Notes: generated by a model not told the origin, from the sequence alone. A stretch of DNA of 64,000 bases from Accumulibacter sp. (GCA_031732795.1 JAVMKC010000075.1:347-64346), one strand, 5' to 3'. Positions 40,130 to 50,319 are shown, numbered from the stretch's first letter. Numbers and translations: made by a program.

Positions 40130-42241
40130 TCACCTGGTTTTGAAGGTGCTCAGGGCGTGTTCGACGGCCAGATCGAAGAGCGCTTGACGGGAAATGACCG
40201 TTGCTTGACCGGCTCGCAACTGTGCGTCGACCCAGGCCGGTGGACGCGCCAACGCCGAACGCCACTGACGGCTGTACAACAGAACAACGCCGGAAAGCGG
40301 GCTTTGCCAACAGCAGAAACCCGTTGAGGACGGTTGATTCGCCAAATGAAAACGCAACCAATCTCCGATCTGCCAGTGTTCGCTGCTCAGTGTGGCCGGT
40401 AAGCGAGTCGCGCTGTTAATGCCGAGATAGTGTACGTGATGCCCTTCATTTTCAATCAGTTGTGCTTCACTGTTTTCCGTTTGCTTCGGGTTGGGGCTCA
40501 TCGCGGTTCGTCGAGCAGCGATTGTAGGTGTCGATACTGGCGGTGGAGGAGCTGATACTGGTGCGTTTCCCGTTGGTGTCCGCAGGGCGGCGGTTTGCAG
40601 GTCAAACAAAATATTCATGAACGGCCGCCGTTCAATCGCGGTCACGGCGATGCTGTCCAGACCGGCATTGAGGCGTTTGATCAGCGATGATGCCAATCCG
40701 GCCAACCGTTTTCGTTCTTCGGCAGAGTATTTTGGCGTCGCGCTCCAAATCAGTTCTTCGGCTGTTGCCTGACATTCTTGCCAACGATTGCCACCAGCTT
40801 TGGCAGCGGCGATCATTACCCGCCGCCAATAGCTGTCCAGGAAAGTGGCAATTTCCGGCGAAGTCGTTTTTGCCAGACAGTTGTCGAGCCACTGGTCGGT
40901 CAGCCTGTCGGCATAGATATTTTTTTCGTGTGCTTCAATGAGCGTTACTAGCGGTTGGGCTGCTTTGAGAATCTCTCGGTCGCGTTCGACGATCAACTGG
41001 TCGAGTTCGGCGAGCTGAATGTCCAACGATTGGTTCTGATCGGCAAGCGCTTGTTCAGCGCTGGCGCACACTTGCGCAATCCGTTGATAGACCGGGTGCT
41101 GGTGCCCGACCTCCCGCGGTAGCCCCAGCGCGGCGTTGCCGATGCGGTTGATCAAACCTCGCGCCGGGTGTTGTCCGTCGGTGAATAACGATGGATCGAT
41201 GATGGCGCGTTTCAGAAGCGGGATCTGTAGTCCAGCGATGGTCGTCTTGATCGAATAAGGCAGTTCGGGCAGTTCAAAGATGCCTTTGAAAACGAGCGCC
41301 AACGTATCGATGGCGACGGCTTCCGGACCGCCGGGAGGCAGAGAAAGATCGTCGGCTTTGAGCGGGTTGAGAGTTTGTTCGCCTGCTATCCCGGTCGAGG
41401 CGGTTCCCGGGGTCTGACCGTTTTTTTGCAACGCCGTCAAATGATCGAGCAAACGATTGAGCGTTACCATTGCGTTGGCATCGAACAGCCGATTCCCTTC
41501 GATCTGAACCTCTAGCCCTCCGATACTTGGTGTGCTGGCTGCGCCGCGTGACTGTCCGGCCAGTGCCAGACGCAAAGCGGCCAGGGTATCAACGATCGCT
41601 GAGGTGGCTCCATGCGCTGTCGATTGATTGGATGGGCGACCGAAAATCTTGGTGTCGACTGCCGGCATGGCTCCGCGACTGGCCAGTAGTTGGTCGATCC
41701 GACGGTAGAGCGCTGGCAGATGCTCATTGAAAAGGTCTGCCAAATGATCAAGAAGCGCCAGGGTACGTTCGCTGCTGCCTTCGCTCTGTCGGGCGATGAC
41801 CCATAGCCCGGCGCTGATTGTTTCCGGGCCGAGGGGATGGTTGTCAGCCGTCATCGTGGGTTTTTGCAGCAGCGTCATGTAGCGGGTTTGTGTTCGCCAA
41901 AGGTCGCGGCCGCCGACGTCGTGCAGTTGTTTGGCAATTTCGCCGATCCGGATGTCGAATTCCAGATCGCTGTCAGCCATCAAAGTCATTCTCGAAGATG
42001 TCAGGTCGGACGATTCGGCGAAGCCGTCTTCGATGTCACTTTTCACCAAGGCGTCGTGGCTGCGGCCGATGGCCTCGGAAAAAGCCACGAACCACTCTGG
42101 CGATCCGACCTCCGCTTGGCGAACGATCTCGCACAGTCCGTGCTGAAACATTTCCCGGCTGGCGTCCAGGATGGCTGACCGGTCCTGTGGTTCAAGGGAG
42201 GGCGATGGTGTGAAGCGGTTGGCGCTATGCACGCTATTCAT
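40130..42241 (-). CDS. DUF1631 family protein (function unknown)
   Basis: About 703 aa, helical; motifs LQIPLLKRAIIDPSLFTD.QHPAR.LINRI, LIWSA.PK...EERKRL; family assignment from recalled motifs; start could be 42313. Confidence 0.7.
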   Translation of the reverse strand: MNSVHSANRFTPSPSLEPQDRSAILDASREMFQHGLCEIVRQAEVGSPEWFVAFSEAIGRSHDALVKSDIEDGFAESSDLTSSRMTLMADSDLEFDIRIGEIAKQLHDVGGRDLWRTQTRYMTLLQKPTMTADNHPLGPETISAGLWVIARQSEGSSERTLALLDHLADLFNEHLPALYRRIDQLLASRGAMPAVDTKIFGRPSNQSTAHGATSAIVDTLAALRLALAGQSRGAASTPSIGGLEVQIEGNRLFDANAMVTLNRLLDHLTALQKNGQTPGTASTGIAGEQTLNPLKADDLSLPPGGPEAVAIDTLALVFKGIFELPELPYSIKTTIAGLQIPLLKRAIIDPSLFTDGQHPARGLINRIGNAALGLPREVGHQHPVYQRIAQVCASAEQALADQNQSLDIQLAELDQLIVERDREILKAAQPLVTLIEAHEKNIYADRLTDQWLDNCLAKTTSPEIATFLDSYWRRVMIAAAKAGGNRWQECQATAEELIWSATPKYSAEERKRLAGLASSLIKRLNAGLDSIAVTAIERRPFMNILFDLQTAALRTPTGNAPVSAPPPPVSTPTIAARRTAMSPNPKQTENSEAQLIENEGHHVHYLGINSATRLPATLSSEHWQIGDWLRFHLANQPSSTGFCCWQSPLSGVVLLYSRQWRSALARPPAWVDAQLRAGQATVISRQALFDLAVEHALSTFKTR

Positions 42242-42434
42242 TTTCTGTGGGCGGTCAATGACTCGATGAATGCCGGTGTCCACAAGCGCGGCGCTTGGTT
42301 TGGCCAAGGGCAACCGTTTGTCCTGAGTATAGTCAACCGTTCACACGATATTGCCGCACGTTCAATCTCCCCATCTGCTGGCGACAGTGGGCCGCGCGAT
42401 CAATGGTCGCTCGAATGAGCCGTATCGGTGAGGC

Positions 42435-42890
42435 TTATCCGCCGTGCTTGTCGGCGTGCTTGTCTTCGCCGGCTTTGGTACCGCCGTCTTTGGGCTCGGT
42501 GGGTCTTTCGGCGGTTTCGGCGGGCGGGGCGACGGGCGTTTTTTTCTTCTTCGTTCCGGGCGGCTGCGGAGGGGGCAACTGGGGTTCGATGGTTGGCAAC
42601 TTGTTCTCGCGCATATAGACGTCCATGTCGCGCCATCCTTCGTAGATTGCCGCTTTGGGTAGCCAGGAATAAATCGAGTAACAGTCTTCGATTGCTCGGC
42701 CGGATTGCCGGCAGGCGCCGCCAACGGCTTTCCCTTCGCCTTCAAGACGAGAGGCTTTGGCTGCTGCCGATTCGAGCCCCAGCTTTTGCTGAACGGCGTC
42801 ACAAGCACTCAAGATCAGCGCAAACGATACGCTGACCAATAAGGTACGGTGGAAACCAAACACTGAATCGGACACCACGAATCCCGTCAC
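42435..42890 (-). CDS. Conserved hypothetical lipoprotein with a Pro-rich tail
   Basis: Lipobox LILSAC; motif GKAVGGACRQSGRAIEDC...GWRDMDVYMREN recalled from betaproteobacterial hypotheticals; start uncertain. Confidence 0.75.
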   Translation of the reverse strand: MTGFVVSDSVFGFHRTLLVSVSFALILSACDAVQQKLGLESAAAKASRLEGEGKAVGGACRQSGRAIEDCYSIYSWLPKAAIYEGWRDMDVYMRENKLPTIEPQLPPPQPPGTKKKKTPVAPPAETAERPTEPKDGGTKAGEDKHADKHGG

Positions 42891-43387
42891 GCAAAATCTA
42901 CAATCTTCATTCTAACCAGTTCCTCCGGCAGGGTGCACCGATGCTGGACAAAACGGCAGACTGCGGGTGATTGTTGATCTTCCAATCCTGCAGCTTTATG
43001 GCGCTGTTTCCAAACGCCTGCGCGATAATCGCGTCGTCAAGGTGGCGCGGTGGTGAATGACGGCCAGACTGCAAATGGCAGTTGAACGGTTCACGGCATG
43101 CACACATGAAGCCACATGCCATTCCGCCGTCGCCGAGCAAATTTTCAAAAAACCGACTGAATTAACGATTTGTTGTGATTCCTCAGCCGTGTCATGATCG
43201 TCGACCGCTCGGCTGTCGGCGTCGGAGTTGTGCTTTGCGCCAGGGGTGGCTGGGGGGTGTGTCACGGTTGCTGCATCACGGCTATGCGAAGTTTTTTGGC
43301 GATGCGCCGAAACGCGGCACGCCCAAAGAGGTTCAGTTACACGGAGATGGGCAACGTAGCTTACTGACCAATTTTGGCAAGAGGAAT

Positions 43388-44749
43388 ATGCGCATGAATA
43401 ATGTCGGTAGCAGGGTGGCCGAGACAACGGCTGCCCATTCCGCCGTTGGTTTTTGGCAAGCTTTTTCCTTCTGGTTCAAGTTGGGTTTCATCAGTTTTGG
43501 TGGTCCAGCCGGACAAATTTCCATCATGCATCAAGAATTGGTCGAAAATCGGCGCTGGATTTCCGAGCGACGATTTTTGCATGCGCTTAATTACTGCATG
43601 ATCCTTCCTGGGCCGGAAGCACAGCAGTTGGCGACCTATCTCGGTTGGCTGATGCACCGGACCTGGGGAGGGATCGTTGCCGGGGCACTGTTCGTCTTGC
43701 CCTCTTTGCTGATCCTCATCGTTCTGTCCTGGGTGTATATCGCTTTCGGTGAATTGCCTCTGGTCGCGGGACTGTTTTATGGCATCAAACCGGCCGTGGC
43801 GGCCATCGTTGCGCAGGCGGCGCAACGTATCGGTTCGCGGGCGTTGAAGAACGCTTGGCTGTGGGGCATTGCGCTGCTGTCGTTCATCGCCATTTTTGCC
43901 ATTGAGGTACCGTTTCCGGCAATCGTTGTCAGCGCAGCGCTGCTTGGCTACTTGGGCGGCCGGTTTGCCCCGGACAAATTCATGATCGGAGGGGCTGCGC
44001 ATCATGCCGTCTCGTCTTCAGCAAGCGCGTTGATTGACGATAATACGCCGACGCCTGAGCATGCCCGGTTCCGCTGGAGCCGGTTGTGGTTGGTGGTAGC
44101 CGCCGGTGTTGGAGCATGGTTGCTGCCGATGGGTCTGCTGGTCGCCAGCTACGGCTGGTCGCACATGCTGACACAAATGGGCTGGTTCTTCACCAAAGCG
44201 ACCCTGCTGACCTTCGGCGGCGCTTACGCTGTGCTGCCGTACGTCTATCACGGCGCGGTTGGTGACCATGGCTGGCTGACGGCTTCGCAAATGATCGACG
44301 GTCTGGCCTTGGGAGAAACGACACCGGGACCATTGATGATGGTGGTGGCATTCGTCGGTTTTGTCGGGGCTTACACCCAGGCCCTGTTTGGTCCGGAAAT
44401 GCGCTTTTTTGCGGGTGCGGTCGCCGCCTGTCTGGTGACATGGTTCACTTTTCTGCCATCGTTTGTCTTCATTCTGGCCGGCGGCCCACTCGTGGAAAGT
44501 ACGCACGGCGATCTCGCATTTACCGCGCCGTTGACCGCTATCACCGCTGCGGTGGTTGGCGTGATCTTGAATCTGGCGCTGTTTTTTGGTTACCACATCT
44601 TTTGGCCCCAGGGGATTATCGGTCGTTTTGATGCGCTGTCGGCGTCGATCGCCCTGCTTGCTGCCGTCGCCTTGTTCCGTTTCAAGTGGAACGTCATCCA
44701 CGTCATTGCGGCGTGCGCACTTTTTGGTCTGATGTTGGCGGTCTTCTGA
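43388..44749 (+). CDS. chrA: Chromate efflux transporter, long-chain CHR family
   Basis: SD GAGGA then ATG 43388; two CHR domains with FGGPAGQ, LPGPEAQQLA, TFGGAYAV, ETTPGP. Confidence 0.92.
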   Translation: MRMNNVGSRVAETTAAHSAVGFWQAFSFWFKLGFISFGGPAGQISIMHQELVENRRWISERRFLHALNYCMILPGPEAQQLATYLGWLMHRTWGGIVAGALFVLPSLLILIVLSWVYIAFGELPLVAGLFYGIKPAVAAIVAQAAQRIGSRALKNAWLWGIALLSFIAIFAIEVPFPAIVVSAALLGYLGGRFAPDKFMIGGAAHHAVSSSASALIDDNTPTPEHARFRWSRLWLVVAAGVGAWLLPMGLLVASYGWSHMLTQMGWFFTKATLLTFGGAYAVLPYVYHGAVGDHGWLTASQMIDGLALGETTPGPLMMVVAFVGFVGAYTQALFGPEMRFFAGAVAACLVTWFTFLPSFVFILAGGPLVESTHGDLAFTAPLTAITAAVVGVILNLALFFGYHIFWPQGIIGRFDALSASIALLAAVALFRFKWNVIHVIAACALFGLMLAVF

Positions 44750-45096
44750 TCTGTCCGGATTCACTCGCAACGCATATTTTCTGAGGAAGCGCGGACCGCT
44801 CGCTGGCCGTGCCGGTGACCTGCTGCACTACACGAGTCATGCTGTCTTCGCCTGATCGATGGATGAACCTTGCCATCTTGCCATGTGTCAGGAGTTGCAG
44901 TCGGTTGACCAATTGCTCAACGTTTCCATGCGCGATGAAGAACGAAAGCGCAAACCGACGGGTAACGACATTTTTCAGAATAATTTTTATAAACATCGGA
45001 ATAAAAGATTTTTGAGAAAAAAGTCTCAAGCTGGCCGATTGTTGTCCGTAGGTGGGGTAACTAGTCCCTGACACTGAATTTAACGGAGAAAGCACG

Positions 45097-45822
45097 ATGT
45101 TCAAACATGATCAATCGACTCAGTTCCGCGCTTCAAACCGGGCATCCTCTTCGATTCACGAACGGCATGCAGCGATATTTTCTCTGGCGGAACGTCACCC
45201 GGAAACGATGATCGACGTGCGTCCTTTACCTTGTCGCCAACCTTTGGAGCGTCCGAAATCGGCGACGGTGTTTCTCGAACTGGCCAGTGCCCAGCAACGC
45301 ATCAATGAACTTGAACAAGCGTTACATGAGGCGCGGGCCGCCGCATTGACCGACCCTTTGACAGGCGCGCTCAATCGTCGGGGTTTCGATGAAGCCTGTC
45401 GCCGTGAATCGGCTCGTGCGCGACGCAAGGGGGTTCGGATTGCTTTGGCGATGATCGATCTCGATGATTTCAAGAAAATCAATGATGAATTCGGGCATGC
45501 CATTGGCGATGAGGCACTGATCCATCTGGTGCGTACGCTGCGCAATGCTTTACGGCCTACGGATATTCTTTGTCGATTCGGCGGTGAAGAGTTTGTCGTC
45601 TTATTGCCGGAAACTCGGCGCTGTGATGCCGCTGCGGCGATTACACGCATTCAACGTCGTTTTTCGGCCAAAACTTTGCCGGGTACCGATATCCAGGTGA
45701 CCTTCAGTGCCGGGGTCGTGGTGCAGGATTATGACGAGTCCTTGGACGACACGCTCGCGCGCGTCGACGCTGCGACGTACTCAGCCAAGCGGAATGGAAA
45801 AAATTGCGTGGTTACCGGCTGA
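45097..45822 (+). CDS. Cytoplasmic diguanylate cyclase (coiled coil plus GGDEF)
   Basis: Motifs TDPLTGALNRRGF, DLDDFKKINDEFGH..GD, I-site RPTD, active site GGEEF; no TM or sensor domain. Confidence 0.9.
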   Translation: MFKHDQSTQFRASNRASSSIHERHAAIFSLAERHPETMIDVRPLPCRQPLERPKSATVFLELASAQQRINELEQALHEARAAALTDPLTGALNRRGFDEACRRESARARRKGVRIALAMIDLDDFKKINDEFGHAIGDEALIHLVRTLRNALRPTDILCRFGGEEFVVLLPETRRCDAAAAITRIQRRFSAKTLPGTDIQVTFSAGVVVQDYDESLDDTLARVDAATYSAKRNGKNCVVTG

Positions 45823-45899
45823 TGAACTTCTGCAGCCGGCGCGTTGGGGTTGCGCCAGCAGAAACAACGGCGTGTCAGACGAAGCTGTTCTGCGGAAGA

Positions 45900-46290
45900 C
45901 GCAAGGACGAGCCGCGTGCTTCAACGTGTGAGCTCCCTCGAGTGAGGGCAGCCCATTACTGGAAATAACGCCTCCTCAACCTGCACTCAGCATCTGTAGT
46001 TCCTGGATTTCAAAGGTCTGTGGCTGAGATCGCAGCCTGCTCGCGCGCCATCCAACGGATCAGCGAGCATCGAGAAACTCTGCCAGGATAGGACGCGTAT
46101 TGCGGACTCACCGAGAGTCTGAGCACTTGGTGCGACCTCGACAAGCGGGTGCGACGCAAGTTACGCTGCGCTCTTTGGAAACAATGGGGTCGAACGTTCT
46201 ATCGGGAACGGTGCCAATGCGCGTATCGGTGTGCCAAGGGTGATACACCAACCGGTCCGCATGTGCGCCATGGTGGGTGCCGCAGATCCC
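45900..46290 (+). mobile_element. Decayed group II intron reverse transcriptase/maturase fragment
   Basis: 46080-46209 reads LPG*DAYCGLTESLSTWCDLDKRVRRKLRCALWKQWGRTFYRE, matching maturase domain X (L.GW..YF......LD.W.RR.LR..LWKQWG). 45913-46011 reads RVLQRVSSLE*...FLDF in another frame (RT7 FLGF-like). In-frame stops and a frameshift. Confidence 0.8.
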
Positions 46291-46476
46291 CGTTCTGTCG
46301 ATCATGCGCTCGTTGCGTTTCTTCGCGAGAGGGACTGTGCCGAGCCCGGCACCCCGGTAGAGATTTGCTTCACCGAGTTGCCGGATACGTGACCCTGTTC
46401 ATTCGGTGGTATGGGAGTAGGAGTCCGCGAGACGTTCTCCGATCCCGATAACCCTTTTTGGAAAAGGAGTGGTGTC

Positions 46477-47322
46477 ATGGATCTCAAGGAGTGGCTCGGC
46501 CGTTGCGAAGAATCGATCGACACGTTGACCCCGACGCCATACGCGGCGATGTCGGCGACGCTCGATCGACCTGCCGACCGTCCGGCAAATGGGGTGCCGT
46601 TGCCGGCTCTGTGGCACTGGCTGTACTTTTTGCCGGTGCACCGCCAATCGGAAATCGGCGCCGACGGCCATGCCAAACGGGGTGGCTTTCTCCCGCCGGT
46701 ACCGTTGCCGCGACGGATGTGGGCGGCCAGTCAGTTCGAGTTTCATCAGCCATTGCGTATCGGTGACACCGTCAGCCGGCTGTCGACGATCGATGACATC
46801 ACCGAGAAAAACGGTCGGAGCGGGCGGCTGGTTTTCGTCAAGGTCCGGCATGATCTGCGTCGGGTTGGCGAGAGCGAACTGGCTGTGCGCGAATTTCACG
46901 AAATCGTCTATCGCGACCTCGGCGAACCGGAGATGGCCCCCCCGCCACCACGGCCGACGTACCCGGATCCGGTGTGGCGGACGCGCTGGTTGCCCGACGA
47001 GGTGCTGCTGTTCCGCTACTCGGCACTCACTTTCAATGGGCACCGCATCCATTACGATCGCCGTTATGTCACTGAAGTGGAAGGGTATCCCGGCCTGGTG
47101 GTCCATGGCCCCTTGCTGGCGACGCTGCTGGTCGATCTGCTCCGGCACCGCTGTCCGGATGCTGAATTGACCCGTTTCGAATTCCGCGCGCTACGCCCGA
47201 CCTTCGACGGCCAACCCTTTTTCGTCAACGGTACGCCGCAGCCTGACGGCAAGCAGGTCCATCTGTGGGCCGAAGACCATCAAGGTTGGCTGACGATGGA
47301 CGCTACCGCCACCTTGAAGTGA
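46477..47322 (+). CDS. Double-hotdog acyl-CoA hydratase (itaconyl-CoA / mesaconyl-C4-CoA hydratase, HTD2-like)
   Basis: SD AAGGAG then ATG 46477; motifs LPALWHWLYF, DGHAKRGGFLPPVPLPRRMWA, LFRYSALTFNGHRIHYD, GLVVHGPL, FEFRALRP. Confidence 0.85.
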   Translation: MDLKEWLGRCEESIDTLTPTPYAAMSATLDRPADRPANGVPLPALWHWLYFLPVHRQSEIGADGHAKRGGFLPPVPLPRRMWAASQFEFHQPLRIGDTVSRLSTIDDITEKNGRSGRLVFVKVRHDLRRVGESELAVREFHEIVYRDLGEPEMAPPPPRPTYPDPVWRTRWLPDEVLLFRYSALTFNGHRIHYDRRYVTEVEGYPGLVVHGPLLATLLVDLLRHRCPDAELTRFEFRALRPTFDGQPFFVNGTPQPDGKQVHLWAEDHQGWLTMDATATLK

Positions 47323-47572
47323 GAGGTAGTGAAGAAATGCTCACGGGCAGGCCGAGATGTCAGGCACGAGTGCGCGAACGACAAGACTTTCAGTGGATAG
47401 GTGAGGAGTGAGTAACGGTGCAGATTGGCCGTGCAGTAGATTTATTCGCGCCTTCTGAGTGCTTCTGTCCGCCTGGCAGTGCGCCGTTTCGTCGGGAAAG
47501 TGGAAATCCGGCCGATCCCGCGAGGTCGGCAGGGGCGTGCTAGAATCGCGCCCCGCTTTTTTCTCCGTCCCG

Positions 47573-49561
47573 ATGTCCGCTTCATTGAATCCGCAGCAAC
47601 GCGCGGCGATCCGATACCTGGACGGGCCGCTGCTGGTGTTGGCCGGCGCCGGATCAGGCAAGACCCGCGTAATTACCGAAAAAATCGTTTATCTGATCGA
47701 TGACTGCGGCCTCGAACCGTGCCATATCGCGGCGATCACCTTCACCAATAAGGCGGCGCGCGAAATGCAGGAACGGGTCGGCAAATTGTTGGCCGGCAAA
47801 CGAGCGAACGGGCTGACGATTTCCACTTTTCATGCGCTTGGGGTGCGCATTCTGCGCGAGGAAGCGTCCGCGCTGGGCTACAAGCCCTCTTTTTCGATTC
47901 TGGATGCTGCCGATTGTTCCGGCATTGTCGCCGAACTGGCCGGTAGTGCCGATAAGGGCGCCATCCGCCGCTTGCAGACGCAATTGTCGAACTGGAAAAA
48001 CGCGCTGATTTCGCCTGATGAAGCCCGGCAACAGGCACAAACGGACGGTGAATCGTTGGCTGCCAACGTCTACGCCAGCTACGTGGCGACGTTGCGCGCG
48101 TACCAAGCGGTTGATTTCGACGATTTGATCGTTCTGCCGGTCGCGTTGTTCGACCAGCAACCGGAGCGGCGCGAGAAATGGCAGAACCGTTTGCGTTACC
48201 TGCTGATCGATGAATACCAGGATACCAACGCCTGCCAGTACGCCCTGTTGAAAGGCTTGGCCGGCCCGCGGGCGGCGTTCACTGCCGTCGGTGACGACGA
48301 CCAGGCGATCTACGGTTGGCGTGGTGCCGACATCGACAACCTGCGCCGCCTGCCGGAAGAGTATCCCCAGTTGAAAGTGATTACCCTCGAGCAGAATTAC
48401 CGATCGACGGGGCGGATCCTGCAGGTGGCCAACGCGCTGATCGCCAACAATGAAAAACTGTTCGAAAAACGGTTGTGGTCAGCGTTGGGACATGGCGAGC
48501 CGATCGCCGTTACCGCCAGCAAGAGCGGCGACTCGGAAGCGGCGGCCGTGGTGATGAAATTGCAGGCGCATCGTTTCGAACATCGTGGCGAATATCGTGA
48601 TTACGCCATCCTCTACCGCGGAAATTTTCAAGCGCGGCCTTTTGAGCAGGCGTTGCGTGACCAGCGCATTCCCTATGTGTTGTCTGGAGGGCAATCGTTT
48701 TTCGACAAAGCCGAAATCAAGGACGTGCTGGCTTATCTGCGATTGCTGGCCAATCCAGATGACGATCCGGCGTACCTTCGGGCCATCACCACGCCGAAGC
48801 GTGGCGTCGGCAGCAGCACGCTGCAGACCCTGGGCACGTACGCCGGCCGCCGTCATCGTTCGTTGTTTGCCGCGGCGGTGGAGCAAGGTTTCGCCAGTCA
48901 GATTCCGCCGCGTCTGCTCGAACCGCTGGAACAGTTTTCTGGATTGGTCCGCCGGTTGCAGGCCAGTGCGGCGCATCAGCCAGTGAAGACGGTACTTGCC
49001 GAGTTGCTGACCGCCATCGACTACGAGGACTGGCTGCACCAGCGCGAGGAACGACGCACGGCGCAGGCGAAATGGGCGAACCTCCAGGATTTCTGCGACT
49101 GGCTCGGCAAAAAGGGTGAGGACGAAGGCAAGTCGCTGCTCGAGCTGACGCAGAGCATCGCTTTGAGCAGCTCGCTTGACAAGAACGAGGCCGACATCGA
49201 CGCGGTTCGCCTGTCGACGCTGCATGCGGCCAAGGGGCTGGAATTCAAACATGTTTTCCTGGTCGGTCTCGAAGAAGGAGTCCTGCCGCACCGCGAAGCC
49301 CAGGCCGACGGCCGTCTCGAGGAAGAGCGCCGCTTGATGTACGTCGGCATTACCCGCGCGCAACGCTCCTTGCATCTGAGCTATGCTGAGCGTCGTCAGC
49401 AGGGCCGGGAATGGATTCCCTGTCAGCCCTCGCGATTCATCGCCGAGCTGGGCGGTGAAAATTTGCGCTTTTCCGGGGGGAAACACCAGACAGCCCCCGA
49501 TAAGGCCACCGCCAGCCAGCGTTTGGCGACGCTCAAGGCGATGCTGGCGGAGAAGCGCTGA
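47573..49561 (+). CDS. rep: ATP-dependent DNA helicase Rep (UvrD family)
   Basis: Motifs VLAGAGSGKTRVIT, TFTNKAAREM, DEYQDTN, VGDDDQAIYGWRGA, LEQNYRS, STLHAAKGLEF, EERRLMYVGITRA; extended -10 TGcTAGAAT at 47538-47546. Confidence 0.92.
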   Translation: MSASLNPQQRAAIRYLDGPLLVLAGAGSGKTRVITEKIVYLIDDCGLEPCHIAAITFTNKAAREMQERVGKLLAGKRANGLTISTFHALGVRILREEASALGYKPSFSILDAADCSGIVAELAGSADKGAIRRLQTQLSNWKNALISPDEARQQAQTDGESLAANVYASYVATLRAYQAVDFDDLIVLPVALFDQQPERREKWQNRLRYLLIDEYQDTNACQYALLKGLAGPRAAFTAVGDDDQAIYGWRGADIDNLRRLPEEYPQLKVITLEQNYRSTGRILQVANALIANNEKLFEKRLWSALGHGEPIAVTASKSGDSEAAAVVMKLQAHRFEHRGEYRDYAILYRGNFQARPFEQALRDQRIPYVLSGGQSFFDKAEIKDVLAYLRLLANPDDDPAYLRAITTPKRGVGSSTLQTLGTYAGRRHRSLFAAAVEQGFASQIPPRLLEPLEQFSGLVRRLQASAAHQPVKTVLAELLTAIDYEDWLHQREERRTAQAKWANLQDFCDWLGKKGEDEGKSLLELTQSIALSSSLDKNEADIDAVRLSTLHAAKGLEFKHVFLVGLEEGVLPHREAQADGRLEEERRLMYVGITRAQRSLHLSYAERRQQGREWIPCQPSRFIAELGGENLRFSGGKHQTAPDKATASQRLATLKAMLAEKR

Positions 49562-49719
49562 AACATCGGCATCCTCCACCGGTCACGGGATGTTACAGCA
49601 GGTTACCAAGCAACTGACATCGATCAGTCGCGTCGCTCGTTATTGCTGCAAGACCGCAAACAAAATAATTTTCTTGCTGCGGTCGAGCGAAATCAGCCCA
49701 TTTATTTCAGGAGACCACC

Positions 49720-50103
49720 ATGTTGAAGAATTTGCTTGCTATCGCCATCGCCGCCGCTTTCGGTACCGCCGCTTTCGCACAGGTGCCCGCCGCCGCGCCG
49801 GTCAAGGAAATGGCCAAAGAAGTGGGCAAAGCCGCGGTGAGTGCAGTCACCCCCGCTACTGCTCCGGTTGCTGCTCCGGTCGCCGCCGCCCCGGCAGCCA
49901 AACCGGAGACCAAAGCCGCTGACAGCACGGTACACGCCAAGCCGGCAGTGAAGAAGCATCACGTCAAGAAGCACGGCAAGTACAAGGCGAAAAGACACGG
50001 CGTCAAAAAGCACAGCGTCAAAAAAGCCGCTGCGCCGGTAGCCACAACCCCCGCTCCCGCCGTTGCCGCTACCCCGGCGGTTCCCGCGGTGTCGGGCAAG
50101 TAA
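49720..50103 (+). CDS. Secreted low-complexity Ala/Pro/Lys/His-rich protein
   Basis: 127 aa; SD AGGAG; Sec signal MLKNLLAIAIAAAFGTAAFA; basic block KKHHVKKHGKYKAKRHGVKKHSVKK; own terminator. Confidence 0.8.
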   Translation: MLKNLLAIAIAAAFGTAAFAQVPAAAPVKEMAKEVGKAAVSAVTPATAPVAAPVAAAPAAKPETKAADSTVHAKPAVKKHHVKKHGKYKAKRHGVKKHSVKKAAAPVATTPAPAVAATPAVPAVSGK

Positions 50104-50109
50104 AGCGCT

Positions 50110-50170
50110 GCCGTCGGTTCGCCGACGGTCTGCTGGCGAATGATCAAAGGAGGCCCAGGCGGCCTCCTTT
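50110..50170. terminator. Two hairpins between convergent genes, including a bidirectional terminator
   Basis: CCGTCGG-TTCG-CCGACGG (50111-50128) and AAAGGAGGCC-CAGGC-GGCCTCCTTT (50146-50170). Confidence 0.75.
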
Positions 50171-50319
50171 GGCGTTCATGCGATCTTCGCAGTCTGCATC
50201 GCCCGACCATGCGCCTCGAAATCGGTAAAAACTGTCCCCCACTTGTCTACCCGATTCGCAACGATAGTTGATGGTTCATTGCCAGCAGGTTCCCAGGAAT
50301 GCTGGCAGCAGCGGCTCTC

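Noticed and set aside
43175-43387. 71-aa N-terminal extension of ChrA, and a GGAGATGG string resembling a fluoride riboswitch
   Set aside because: A good SD precedes ATG 43388. The string lacks the complementary CTCC strand and the downstream GCTRATGA...CCTAC elements of the crcB motif.
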